DNA of 64,000 nucleotides, from positions 21,855-85,854 of the forward strand of contig JBBAUX010000003.1 of NCBI GenBank assembly GCA_040398005.1, read 5' to 3'. A program made the position numbers and the translations under genes. The DNA comes from Opitutales bacterium (GTDB lineage: Bacteria; Verrucomicrobiota; Verrucomicrobiia; Opitutales; UBA953). Below, piece after piece: positions 33,192 to 41,679 of this stretch; positions within the stretch are counted from its first letter, which is position 1, and each line of letters begins with the position of its first letter. The notes under the pieces are model-generated. The model had not been told where the DNA came from and ran no database searches. It saw nothing but the letters and a program-made list of their open reading frames with translations.

Positions 33192-34133
33192 TTACCATGC
33201 GCGCGGAGCTACAGCGGTTTCTAATTTATCCTGCGTGGACTGGGGAAGTTTGGGAAAGAAATTTAATCCCGTGAGGGTTTCGATTCGTCGGATACTCACA
33301 ACGTAACGAGTTAATTCTGTATCTCTCCATTTTTCTTCGTGCGGAACCAGATAAGCAATCGCACGTATACCCTTCTTTTCTTCATCATATTCAGAGATTA
33401 CCATCCAGAATTCGTCGGGCACCGGAATTCGGCCTATCATTCTTGGACGAGCACTGTAAACGGGACCCACCTGGACCCAGACTTCGCCGTAGCGTTGCAC
33501 GTAGCGTTTCACAATTCGTTGCTCGATATCTTTCCAAAGTCCGGCATTCAAAGCGTGGAGTTGTGGAACAATATTAGAGAGGAAGAAGGTTTCTTTTTGG
33601 GCGTCGGCGCCGTAACAAACTGAGATTGCGTAATTAGGGGCGAGGTGACCTCGGTCATACCCCGAGCGAACATATTCTTCGGTGGATACTTTAGCCGAAG
33701 TTCTGGTATCGACATAAAAAGATGAGGGACGTGGGAGGTGCACATCCTGATACGGAAAAACGCGGTAGGAGGACCAACGCGCGGTGGGCACGATATCGTC
33801 GTAGCCCACAGAATATCCCTGATTCACTAAATGCTTAAGGCCCGATTTATCTGCGGGCTCGCCGTAGGGAGCGAAAGCATGGGCATCGGGCTCGGGCGCT
33901 GGCACCACGTCACCGGTGATCACAATCGTTTGGTCTACAACCTGATCTAAAACCCGGATTACACTATCGGGCGTAGTTTGATCTTCTCTTACTTTATCAA
34001 CGACATCGATAGCCCGCTGCTCGATAGCAATCTTCTGCGGTGGGTCGGAAAATAGGTAAACTCCAAGGATTATAAAAATTAACCCTAATGAAATTAACAG
34101 AACCCAACCTAAAAATTTTAAAATCTTACTCAT
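33192..34133 (-). CDS. Membrane-anchored DNA/RNA non-specific endonuclease (NUC/EndoG family)
   Basis: N-terminal TM (FLGWVLLISLGLIFIILGVYLF) and a catalytic GYDRGHLAPN motif with downstream N residues. Confidence 0.85.
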   Translation of the reverse strand: MSKILKFLGWVLLISLGLIFIILGVYLFSDPPQKIAIEQRAIDVVDKVREDQTTPDSVIRVLDQVVDQTIVITGDVVPAPEPDAHAFAPYGEPADKSGLKHLVNQGYSVGYDDIVPTARWSSYRVFPYQDVHLPRPSSFYVDTRTSAKVSTEEYVRSGYDRGHLAPNYAISVCYGADAQKETFFLSNIVPQLHALNAGLWKDIEQRIVKRYVQRYGEVWVQVGPVYSARPRMIGRIPVPDEFWMVISEYDEEKKGIRAIAYLVPHEEKWRDTELTRYVVSIRRIETLTGLNFFPKLPQSTQDKLETAVAPRAW

Positions 34134-34556
34134 TTATTTTCGAAGGTAATAGCACTGCCACAACCAGTGGATTAACAAGACTAAGAATAGAATCTTTAAA
34201 AGTACACTGCGGTTATTTTCGGAGATCACTAAGCGAAGTCGTAAGTGGTCTCGACGAAGCCAAAAAACGGCGGAATAAATCGTCCAAATAAACCCCAGAA
34301 AATAGAGGGTGAAAACCCCTGGGTTATATTTAAAGGCCGACCAAAAATCGAGGTGACTTAGTTCACGAGCGCAGCGGGTGGCGCCACAACCTAAACAAGG
34401 GATACCGGTAAAATTAAAGAATAGGCAACCAAGCGAAGTTCCGCCGAGCGTAAAAAAGATAAAAGCGAAAAGGTTAAAGGTGATAAAAACTAAAGGCCAA
34501 ACGAGCTCGTGATTCGTTTCCCCGAGGAAAGCAGGTCGACGAACAAACCGAATCAT
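34134..34556 (-). CDS. DUF2752-like small membrane protein
   Basis: 140 aa with a CPxCGxTR-like motif (GIPCLGCGATRCAREL) and 3-4 TM helices. There is no gap to the nuclease gene, and a 1-nt overlap with the upstream gene. Confidence 0.6.
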   Translation of the reverse strand: MIRFVRRPAFLGETNHELVWPLVFITFNLFAFIFFTLGGTSLGCLFFNFTGIPCLGCGATRCARELSHLDFWSAFKYNPGVFTLYFLGFIWTIYSAVFWLRRDHLRLRLVISENNRSVLLKILFLVLLIHWLWQCYYLRK

Positions 34557-35437
34557 TATAGAGCGACTTTAGCCAATCCACCAAGAGCGAACCCCAGACC
34601 ACAACAACAGCAACAGCTCACGAGCCCCCATAAGAACCATACCCCAAAAACTTTTAGCGGACTTACCTTTAAAACTGCGGCGGTAGCCCGGCAGGAAATA
34701 ATAATCGAAGGAATGGCGGAGAGGGCTACCAAGAAAAAATATATTTTATAAGGAGCCGTAAGAAGAATCAGGGCGGAGACTATATTCACAGCGGAGAGAC
34801 TGATAATTAAAGCTACCACCGTTTGTTCGAGGGTTATATTTTCTCTAAATAATTTTAGTCCTAACCAGAGAAAAACTCCGAAGAGCGCAATAAAGAATGG
34901 ATAGAAAACGGTATAACAAATAACTCCAAACCATGCGGCGGCAGGGGCGGTGCTTGAATTTTCGAGTTGGTGAATAGCATCCGCAAACTTAACGGAATCT
35001 ACGGACGACAAAAATTCGGAAATGTTCAGGTTAATCTCAGCCGTGTGCATCTGTCCAAAAATACTGAACGGTACTAAAAGTAAGGCGGTGATGTAGGCGA
35101 AGGCAATGTACTGTTTAAAACCAAAAGCACCCGAAGCAAAGGTGGCGTAGGGACTGAGAATCGCACCCTTGATGGTTTCAAAATAACTTCCGAGAGAGGG
35201 TGATTTTTCCCAAGGCACTGTGGTAGAAAGATTATTCGACCGTGGAATAACGTCGGGCGGAACAGCGGATATCACTCCGATGAACTCACTCCACTGAGCG
35301 AGCATCACCCAAGTGGACATCCCTTCGCGCCAGGCGAGATCGGTCATTAAAAATCGGCCGCTCTGGAGACCCGAGATAACCTCAGCTACGGAAAATACTC
35401 CGAGCGATGAAGAATCGCGGGCGACGTGAATTTGCAT
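34556..35437 (-). CDS. GYF_2 (DUF4339)-domain protein fused to a polytopic membrane domain
   Basis: The N-terminal segment GVFSVAEVISGLQSGRFLMTDLAWREGMSTWVMLAQWSEF fits the bacterial GYF-like domain. Five TM helices follow. The last helix contains five consecutive Cys. Confidence 0.6.
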   Translation of the reverse strand: MQIHVARDSSSLGVFSVAEVISGLQSGRFLMTDLAWREGMSTWVMLAQWSEFIGVISAVPPDVIPRSNNLSTTVPWEKSPSLGSYFETIKGAILSPYATFASGAFGFKQYIAFAYITALLLVPFSIFGQMHTAEINLNISEFLSSVDSVKFADAIHQLENSSTAPAAAWFGVICYTVFYPFFIALFGVFLWLGLKLFRENITLEQTVVALIISLSAVNIVSALILLTAPYKIYFFLVALSAIPSIIISCRATAAVLKVSPLKVFGVWFLWGLVSCCCCCGLGFALGGLAKVAL

Positions 35438-35505
35438 AATTTATTTATGCAAAAATGCGAGGAAGGCGACAAGCCCAACCTATGTTGGCGTATTGTCCGA
35501 TAAAG

Positions 35506-35583
35506 TGGTGAGGAGGGCGGGACTCGAACCCGCGACCCGCAGCTTAGAAGGCTGCTGCTCTAATCCAGCTGAGCTACCCCCTC
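35506..35583 (-). tRNA. tRNA-Arg (anticodon TCT), CCA encoded
   Basis: Manual cloverleaf: acceptor GAGGGGG/CCTCCTC (one G-U pair), D arm GCTC-AGCTGGATTA-GAGC, anticodon arm GCAGC-CTTCTAA-GCTGC, T arm GCGGG-TTCGAGT-CCCGC, discriminator A plus CCA. Confidence 0.9.
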
Positions 35584-35633
35584 ATTCCGACAAACCTAGG
35601 CGGCTGCCAGAGATTGGGCAAGCCGTCAGAAAA

Positions 35634-36596
35634 TTAACAAATCAAATCTCTAAATTGGCTGAAATCAGCCGAAAGTCCGCTGGGCATACCCTTATTAATT
35701 ACCGAAACAGCATCGTGGGAGTGCAAGGACTCTAAATGGGAACAGGCGATGACGAAGTCGCGCACCCGTAAGTCGCGATCGAATTGTTCGTAAATCACAC
35801 GCGCGGCGTCTTCAACAAACTTAGAATAAGCACCGTTTAATTCAGCGAAAGCTTGTTCATCTTCGCGTTTCACCATGACCTGAGTCTCGGTGTGAATCGC
35901 GGCGAGGCAAAGTTCCTGCATGTCTTCGATAAATAAACTCTTGGCCGGAGAAACCTCGGCAATCACGCGGGCCTTGGAGCGTTGCGAGTGAGGAATACCG
36001 TAAACCTCGCGTTCTTCGCGGGCGTGTTCGGTTAATTCAGCCGAACAAGGGCACGCTGATGAATAAACGAAATCTAAATGGATATAGCGACGAACGCGAT
36101 CGAGGTCATCAATGGCTCCTTCTAACATCGCGCGGTAATATTGCCATCCTTCGAGACCCGAGCGCAGTGATTTTTGTAAAATAGGATAACGCAGTTCGAC
36201 TAAGATTCGCGCACGACTGCAGTCGAGGTCCTTCTTATAACGAATTAAAATCTCTTCGAGTAATTCATGTGAGAGTACACGATCTTTAAATTCGTAGAAC
36301 GTGCGCATGATGCGCGACATGTTTATACCCTTGCGATCAGCAGCGAGAGAAACGGTGCCCGTGATGGTGCATTCCAGCGGGATCGGTTTACCATCGCGAG
36401 CAGCGACTAACATCGGTAAACGGAAACCAGAAATACCAACGTGCTGAATGGGGACGTTGGCGCCTTGGATTTGTGAGGAGTCTTTATTCTGCATATCAGG
36501 CAAGGTCGCCCGATAAGCGTCATCGGCCTTAAAATTCTTATCGTAACTGCGTGAGAGATCACGGCTAGACAAGGGTGACTTGGGTCGACGAGTCAT
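35634..36596 (-). CDS. folE2: GTP cyclohydrolase FolE2/MptA family (type IB)
   Basis: 320 aa with [35 protein letters not shown] and ESLHSHDAV segments, typical of GCYH-IB. Confidence 0.8.
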   Translation of the reverse strand: MTRRPKSPLSSRDLSRSYDKNFKADDAYRATLPDMQNKDSSQIQGANVPIQHVGISGFRLPMLVAARDGKPIPLECTITGTVSLAADRKGINMSRIMRTFYEFKDRVLSHELLEEILIRYKKDLDCSRARILVELRYPILQKSLRSGLEGWQYYRAMLEGAIDDLDRVRRYIHLDFVYSSACPCSAELTEHAREEREVYGIPHSQRSKARVIAEVSPAKSLFIEDMQELCLAAIHTETQVMVKREDEQAFAELNGAYSKFVEDAARVIYEQFDRDLRVRDFVIACSHLESLHSHDAVSVINKGMPSGLSADFSQFRDLIC

Positions 36597-36656
36597 AGTT
36601 TAAAGTTTAAGGTTTTAGCGAGATTAGCAAATGAGCTACGAAATTTTTCTCTGCAC

Positions 36657-36732
36657 TGGAGCCACCTGCCGGATTTGAACCGGCGACATTCTCATTACGA
36701 ATGAGATGCTCTACCAGCTGAGCTAAGGTGGC
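36657..36732 (-). tRNA. tRNA-Thr (anticodon CGT), CCA encoded
   Basis: Manual cloverleaf: acceptor GCCACCT/AGGTGGC, D arm GCTC-AGCTGGTA-GAGC, anticodon arm TCTCA-TTCGTAA-TGAGA, T arm GCCGG-TTCAAAT-CCGGC, discriminator T plus CCA. Confidence 0.9.
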
Positions 36733-36842
36733 GGTGCGGAGAAATGTTGAAGATGAGAGTATGAAAACTAAAATCAAGCCTCGGCATCGAGGAAATCCCC
36801 TCGCTTCTTGTAAAAAATCGACCTAAATATGCCCTATCGCTC

Positions 36843-37958
36843 ATGCGTGCTGACATAATCGCTAATCAATTTGAAGTTCCCGGGCGGTTATTGTCTATTC
36901 GCCCGGTGGGTAGCGGTAATATCAATGATACCTTTTTAGGGGGCTACCAAGCGGAGTTTGGTAATTTCTGTATCATTATTCAGCGGATTAAGAAAAATGT
37001 TTTTCCACAGCCTGAGATTATCATGAAAAATCTCCGCGTACTTTCGGAGCATTGTATAAAAATAATTAATGAAGAAATTGAGGAATCCGATCGTCCCTGG
37101 GAATTCATCCAAATTATAAAAACAAAAACCGGAGAGGATTACGTACTCGATGAGCAGGGTGATCTCTGGCGGGGCCTAAAATTTATTGAAGCAGGAGTGG
37201 TCTTTGAATCTGTGCAAAGCCTGGAGCACGCCTTTGAAGTAGGGGCCACGCTGGGACACTTCCATCACATGGTGAGCACCCTGCCCTATCAGCAATTAAA
37301 CTACACCCTGCCGAATTTTCATGTCGCTTCGCATGCCCTTTTAGAACTCGAGCAAGCGATAAAAAGTCCGAGCGCGGAAATGTCGATTAACACTTCTCCC
37401 ACCACGCAAAAAGCGCTCAACTTTATTGGTCAGCGTGAACAAAAAATTCTCGAGTTAGAAAATGCCCTGCAAAAAGGAAAATTAAAATTATCGGTAACCC
37501 ATGGCGACCCCAAAGCAGGTAATGTCATGATTCATGAGGAGACTGGACAGGGTCTTTGCTTGATTGATTGTGACACCGTTCAACCGGGATTAATTATTAA
37601 TGACATTGCTGATGCCATTCGCTCACTGTGCAATCCAGCGGGCGAAGACCCCATCGATTTACAGTCCGTCGGCTTAGACTTAAATTTACTTTCGGCGTTT
37701 TTTGATGGCTATAAATCCCAAGCGGAAAACCTGCTAAATACTGAGGAAATAGCTTATCTTTGGACCGCCCTGCACACCATCACCGTAGAATTAGGGATAA
37801 GATTTTTGACGGATCATTTGAGAGGCGATGTATATTTTAAGGTACGTAAACCTGGGCACAATCTACACCGTGCACTCGTCCAATTTCACCTCGCAGAAAG
37901 TATTGAGAATCAAGAATCTGTGATTCGTGAAATTCTAGAGAAACAAAATGATGATTAA
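36843..37958 (+). CDS. APH-fold sugar kinase resembling N-acetylhexosamine 1-kinase (NahK)
   Basis: Contains GSGNINDTF (P-loop-like), a Brenner motif VTHGDPKAGNVMI, LIDCDTV and a C-terminal GIRFLTDHLRGDVYFKVRKPGHNL. From memory these align closely with Bifidobacterium NahK. Confidence 0.65.
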   Translation: MRADIIANQFEVPGRLLSIRPVGSGNINDTFLGGYQAEFGNFCIIIQRIKKNVFPQPEIIMKNLRVLSEHCIKIINEEIEESDRPWEFIQIIKTKTGEDYVLDEQGDLWRGLKFIEAGVVFESVQSLEHAFEVGATLGHFHHMVSTLPYQQLNYTLPNFHVASHALLELEQAIKSPSAEMSINTSPTTQKALNFIGQREQKILELENALQKGKLKLSVTHGDPKAGNVMIHEETGQGLCLIDCDTVQPGLIINDIADAIRSLCNPAGEDPIDLQSVGLDLNLLSAFFDGYKSQAENLLNTEEIAYLWTALHTITVELGIRFLTDHLRGDVYFKVRKPGHNLHRALVQFHLAESIENQESVIREILEKQNDD

Positions 37959-38772
37959 ACCGCCACCACTTGATGTGTCGTGGATTACGGCGATCGCCGT
38001 TTTTCTACTGATCATTCTTATGGCGAGAGGTGCATGGCGCGGATACAAACGTGGGCCGTTGCGACAGCTCGCTGGTCCGTTCGCTTTAACCGTGGGATTA
38101 ATTGTCGGTTGGCTGGTGGGCCCAGAGTGCGGGCATAATCTTTTTCACGGAACAACTTACCCATGGCTTCTTCGTGGCGCCACGGGTGTTGTCCTAGTAT
38201 CGTGTGCTACGGGGATTTTAGTTTACGGAGTCAGTTGGTGGCTCGGCAAAAGACCGGATGGTATGGACGAAGTGGAGAGTCCGATTCTGGGATCGATTGT
38301 CGGTTGTTGGACTGGGTTACTTTATTTCAGCCTACTCGTCCTTGTTATTACGACCTGGGCTTCGCTTCAGGAGTTGATCAGTGGCCCCGAAGCTGCTGAA
38401 CAACATTGGGTGGTGCAGACTCGGAATGACCTCGCCGAGACACCTATCACTTCGTGGCTTAAAACGTGGTCGCCCCTGCCCGATAAGCAAAGTCACCTTA
38501 TTCGGCAATTAAGGCAGCTCATGGGTAATCCTGAGGCCCGTAAGCGGCTGGTTAACACGCCCGAGGTCCGAGCCCTTGCAGCCTACCCTAGTCTCTACCA
38601 AGCACTAGAGGATAAAAAAGTTCGTGAGTTGTTGAACAACAATGACTTAAGTGGTTTTATTGAGCACCCTAAGGTTAAGGCTGTGTTGGCCGATGAGGCA
38701 CTACAAATGGAGATCGAAAAAGTTGATTTGGGGTTAATTTTTGAAAAAGCCCTAAAAAACACCAGTCCGTAA
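37948..38772 (+). CDS. CvpA-family membrane protein with a C-terminal helical extension
   Basis: The N-terminal segment WITAIAVFLLIILMARGAWRGYKRGPLRQL plus four TM helices resembles colicin V production protein CvpA. It overlaps the upstream gene by 11 nt. Confidence 0.5.
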   Translation: MMIKPPPLDVSWITAIAVFLLIILMARGAWRGYKRGPLRQLAGPFALTVGLIVGWLVGPECGHNLFHGTTYPWLLRGATGVVLVSCATGILVYGVSWWLGKRPDGMDEVESPILGSIVGCWTGLLYFSLLVLVITTWASLQELISGPEAAEQHWVVQTRNDLAETPITSWLKTWSPLPDKQSHLIRQLRQLMGNPEARKRLVNTPEVRALAAYPSLYQALEDKKVRELLNNNDLSGFIEHPKVKAVLADEALQMEIEKVDLGLIFEKALKNTSP

Positions 38773-38846
38773 CAATTTGTCCCTCTTTGGGCTGGAGATG
38801 TCACTTCATAGGATTATAAAATCAACCTTCCCGATTTTACCTCTTT

Positions 38847-39695
38847 ATGAAATTACTTCCAATCAGTGTGATGATTATATCCCTGAGTTGCTTCGCAGAC
38901 GAAAAGGCCAAGCCAGCCGCCCCGGCGCCAGAAGCACCTCAAACCGTCCAAGTCGAAGTGCTCGATTCCAACGGCAAGAAATTTATCCTAGTGAAGAGCA
39001 TAGAGTCGGCTGAAGAATTCGCAGCGTTTGAAAAAGACGCCCAAGCGATTACGGCAGACCAAAAGGATGCTGCCCTCACTAAACAGCTGCTTGATTTAGC
39101 TTTAACCACTCCTGAGAAAGAAGCCCGCGGTCGCGAATTAGACGGTAAATTTAAAAAATTGCAGGCAACCAATGCCACCATGGCAAAGACCTACAATTTT
39201 GATCTCACTCGCCAGTACCTCATTGTGCCCACTTCCGTGAAAGTTCTCACCATCCTCACGAATGAAGAGTACGCTAAATTAGCTGCAGCTAAAGACTTTA
39301 AAGCCGACTCCGTAATTACGAACGCCGATGACAAAAAGCTCATTCTCAAAGAAACCATCAAGGGCGCCGCTGAAGTTGAAGCTTTCCAGCAACAAGTGCG
39401 TCGCGTCTTAGAAGCCAAACGCGGACTCCAACAACTCGTCGAAGCTCAACCGCGCTTCACCAAAGCCGAAGATAAAAAGAAAATCGAAGAAGCCATTAAA
39501 AATACCCAAGCAGAAGTAAATAAGAGCTTGGAAGACTTTAAGAAGTCGCGCGGTTACGAAATCCCTAACGAATTTAATATCCAGACCGCCCAAGCCAAAC
39601 TTTACACCCTGCTCTCCGATGAAGAGCAAAAGAATTTGCAAAGCCAGATTGATGGCAAAGACGCCAAGACTGAAACCAAGTCCGATAAAAAATAA
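38847..39695 (+). CDS. Secreted Lys/Glu-rich protein built from two Skp/OmpH-like modules
   Basis: Signal peptide MKLLPISVMIISLSCFA. Has an internal repeat of about 100 aa (KKFILVKSIESAEEFAAF...KTYNFDL...LTILTNEEYAKL versus KKLILKETIKGAAEVEAF...SRGYEIP...LYTLLSDEEQKNL). Confidence 0.6.
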   Translation: MKLLPISVMIISLSCFADEKAKPAAPAPEAPQTVQVEVLDSNGKKFILVKSIESAEEFAAFEKDAQAITADQKDAALTKQLLDLALTTPEKEARGRELDGKFKKLQATNATMAKTYNFDLTRQYLIVPTSVKVLTILTNEEYAKLAAAKDFKADSVITNADDKKLILKETIKGAAEVEAFQQQVRRVLEAKRGLQQLVEAQPRFTKAEDKKKIEEAIKNTQAEVNKSLEDFKKSRGYEIPNEFNIQTAQAKLYTLLSDEEQKNLQSQIDGKDAKTETKSDKK

Positions 39696-39712
39696 TTTAC
39701 CCCTAAACTATC

Positions 39713-40591
39713 ATGACCCAATCCACCGATACCGAATCAAAAAAGTCGCCAGCCGCTTCAACCGAAGTGGATACCAACCTGCTGACCCACGATAACAAAG
39801 TTTTCATTCGCTGGTTAGAAATCAGTGAAGCGAACACGATGTTGAGATTTCAAAGAGATCTCGAAGTCATGCGCAATCATAGCGCCAAGGTCGTACAGCT
39901 CGCACAACGCATCGAACAAGCGGTCACGCCTAATGAGAAGGATGTTTTAACCAAGGCACGTGATACCGAATTACAAAACTATCGCAAAAATGATGCCGAA
40001 TTTGAATTGGTTTATAAGACCAAGACTGATGACTGGATTCTCCGCCCACACTTCCTCCAAAACACCAAAATCAGACTCCTCTCACCCGTTACCGATGATA
40101 TCATCGCTCAATTACGTAAAGGGCCTGACTTCAAAGAGTCCGACATTGTGGCCCGTGGTAACCAAAAGTTAATTCTGCTCTCAACCGTTGAAGGCGATCA
40201 AATCCCCCTCCTTGAGCGCAATCTACGCATTGTACAGGCCCAACAAAACAGCCTGATTCAACTCCGTGCTGCTGAACAAACCGCCGTTGATGCCGAGGCC
40301 AAAAAGCGCGTCCAAGACGAAATTGAGAAAGTCACCAAGTCCCTGCAAACCAACGCTGAATTGATGTTAAAAACCTACGGTATCTTCACGAATGATATTG
40401 TGGTCGAGAACCTCGGCGGAATTTTATGGGTAGCTCTCTTAGAAGAAGAATTAAAGCGTTACGTAGAAAAAAGAGAAAGCAGCAAAGGAGCTAAGCCTGC
40501 CACCGCCGCTGCGCCTGCACCAGTGCCTGCTGCGATTGCGCCTAAGTTTGAAACAGTTAAGACTGAAGCACCTAAGCCCAAAAAAGCCTAA
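39713..40591 (+). CDS. Paralog of the preceding gene (two Skp/OmpH-like modules), with no recognisable signal peptide
   Basis: Same two-module layout (NKVFIRWLEISE...VYKTKTDDW...IRLLSPVTDDIIAQL versus NQKLILLSTVEG...KTYGIFTND...LWVALLEEELKRY). The N-terminus is hydrophilic. The C-terminal tail is Ala/Pro/Lys-rich. Confidence 0.6.
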   Translation: MTQSTDTESKKSPAASTEVDTNLLTHDNKVFIRWLEISEANTMLRFQRDLEVMRNHSAKVVQLAQRIEQAVTPNEKDVLTKARDTELQNYRKNDAEFELVYKTKTDDWILRPHFLQNTKIRLLSPVTDDIIAQLRKGPDFKESDIVARGNQKLILLSTVEGDQIPLLERNLRIVQAQQNSLIQLRAAEQTAVDAEAKKRVQDEIEKVTKSLQTNAELMLKTYGIFTNDIVVENLGGILWVALLEEELKRYVEKRESSKGAKPATAAAPAPVPAAIAPKFETVKTEAPKPKKA

Positions 40592-40609
40592 GGCCTTCCT
40601 GCTTCCACC

Positions 40610-40638
40610 AAAAAGCCTGTCGCGAGACAGGCTTTTTT
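40610..40638. terminator. Bidirectional rho-independent terminator between convergent genes
   Basis: The sequence is aaaaa-gcctgtc-gcga-gacaggc-tttttt. It is a perfect 8-bp stem (agcctgtc/gacaggct) flanked by A- and T-tracts. Confidence 0.7.
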
Positions 40639-40643
40639 ATTTA

Positions 40644-41591
40644 TCAGAATAATTCTCCTTGGGAAGGTTTGGGCTTCGGAGGTGGAGCAACTTTCTCTAC
40701 TTCTGGACTCACGAGCCCGTGCTTCGTTTGATACCTTCTTAAAGTGGAATGCATTTCCATCGCCAGAAGGAATTCAGCAACCGCCGCCGTGTCCTCAGTG
40801 GCTGAGCCTCCAAGATCTACTTCAAAATGCGTTTGGAATCTCACCAAACTTAAATTGCTACGAATACGATCCGCTTCGGTCTTTATCTGTTCCGCAAAAC
40901 GCGCTGGCTCAATCGTGTCAGCCGCTGCCAAAACAGCTTCTAATCCTCCATACTGCTTGAGCCACTTCACAGCGGTCTTCGGTCCCACCCCTTTTAAGCC
41001 GGGGATGTTATCGGAAGTATCCCCAATGAGTGCGAGGTAATCGGCAATCAAACTGGGCGGCACTCCAAATTTTTCTTCCACACCAGCAGCATCTAAATGC
41101 CTCCAGCCCATTGCTGGATTTGCCGTAGGCGGCGGTGATAACTGGGTAACTGTTCCGCCAACACATTGTCCAAAATCTTTATCGGCACTGACAATAATAC
41201 ATTCGTGCCCCTGGGCAGATAATTTCTGTACAGCAGCAGCGATTAAATCATCAGCTTCTACTCCGCGCTTTTCGATTACCTCAAATCCCAAAAGGGCGGT
41301 CAGTTTTTTAATTTCAGGCAGCTGTAAAATAATATCTTCGGGAGTATCATCACGTTGACCTTTGTACTCAGGTAAAACGGCGAGATGTCGATCCGACCCA
41401 CCTAAATCAAAAAACACGACCGATCGATCGGGCTTTTGACCTTCGCGTAAATCTTGCAGCGATTTTATCCAGCCATGGAGGGCACCCGTCGGAAATTGGT
41501 CGGATTGACGTCGCAGATTGGAACGCTCCATCGCGAAGTGACTTCGAAACACCAAGTTAAATCCATCTACAAGCAGCCAGCGCATGGGCAT
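40644..41591 (-). CDS. Stand-alone 5'-3' exonuclease / flap endonuclease (Pol I N-terminal-domain family)
   Basis: Begins LLVDGFNLVFRSHFA. Contains YKGQR, an acidic cluster VSADKDFGQ, and an H3TH segment GDTSDNIPGLKGVGPKTA. No polymerase domain follows. Candidate starts are the ATGs at 41591 and 41585. Confidence 0.85.
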   Translation of the reverse strand: MPMRWLLVDGFNLVFRSHFAMERSNLRRQSDQFPTGALHGWIKSLQDLREGQKPDRSVVFFDLGGSDRHLAVLPEYKGQRDDTPEDIILQLPEIKKLTALLGFEVIEKRGVEADDLIAAAVQKLSAQGHECIIVSADKDFGQCVGGTVTQLSPPPTANPAMGWRHLDAAGVEEKFGVPPSLIADYLALIGDTSDNIPGLKGVGPKTAVKWLKQYGGLEAVLAAADTIEPARFAEQIKTEADRIRSNLSLVRFQTHFEVDLGGSATEDTAAVAEFLLAMEMHSTLRRYQTKHGLVSPEVEKVAPPPKPKPSQGELF

Positions 41592-41622
41592 TAGTTTCTC
41601 CGAAGTGAGCCACACCTCCAGA

Positions 41623-41653
41623 AAAAAGCAGGCCCACCGCGAAGGTGGGCCCG
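41623..41653 (-). terminator. Rho-independent terminator downstream of the secretin gene
   Basis: Stem ggcccacc (41632-41639) pairs with ggtgggcc (41645-41652). The plus-strand A-run at 41623-41628 gives a U-tract on the minus transcript. Confidence 0.6.
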
Positions 41654-41679
41654 ATTTAAAACCTACTTCCTTTTATCGA

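Noticed and set aside
38777-39013. A 78-aa plus-strand ORF overlapping the start of the Skp-like gene.
   Set aside because: It is out of frame with the 282-aa ORF, which has a proper signal peptide and paralog support. Its product is a basic low-complexity peptide.
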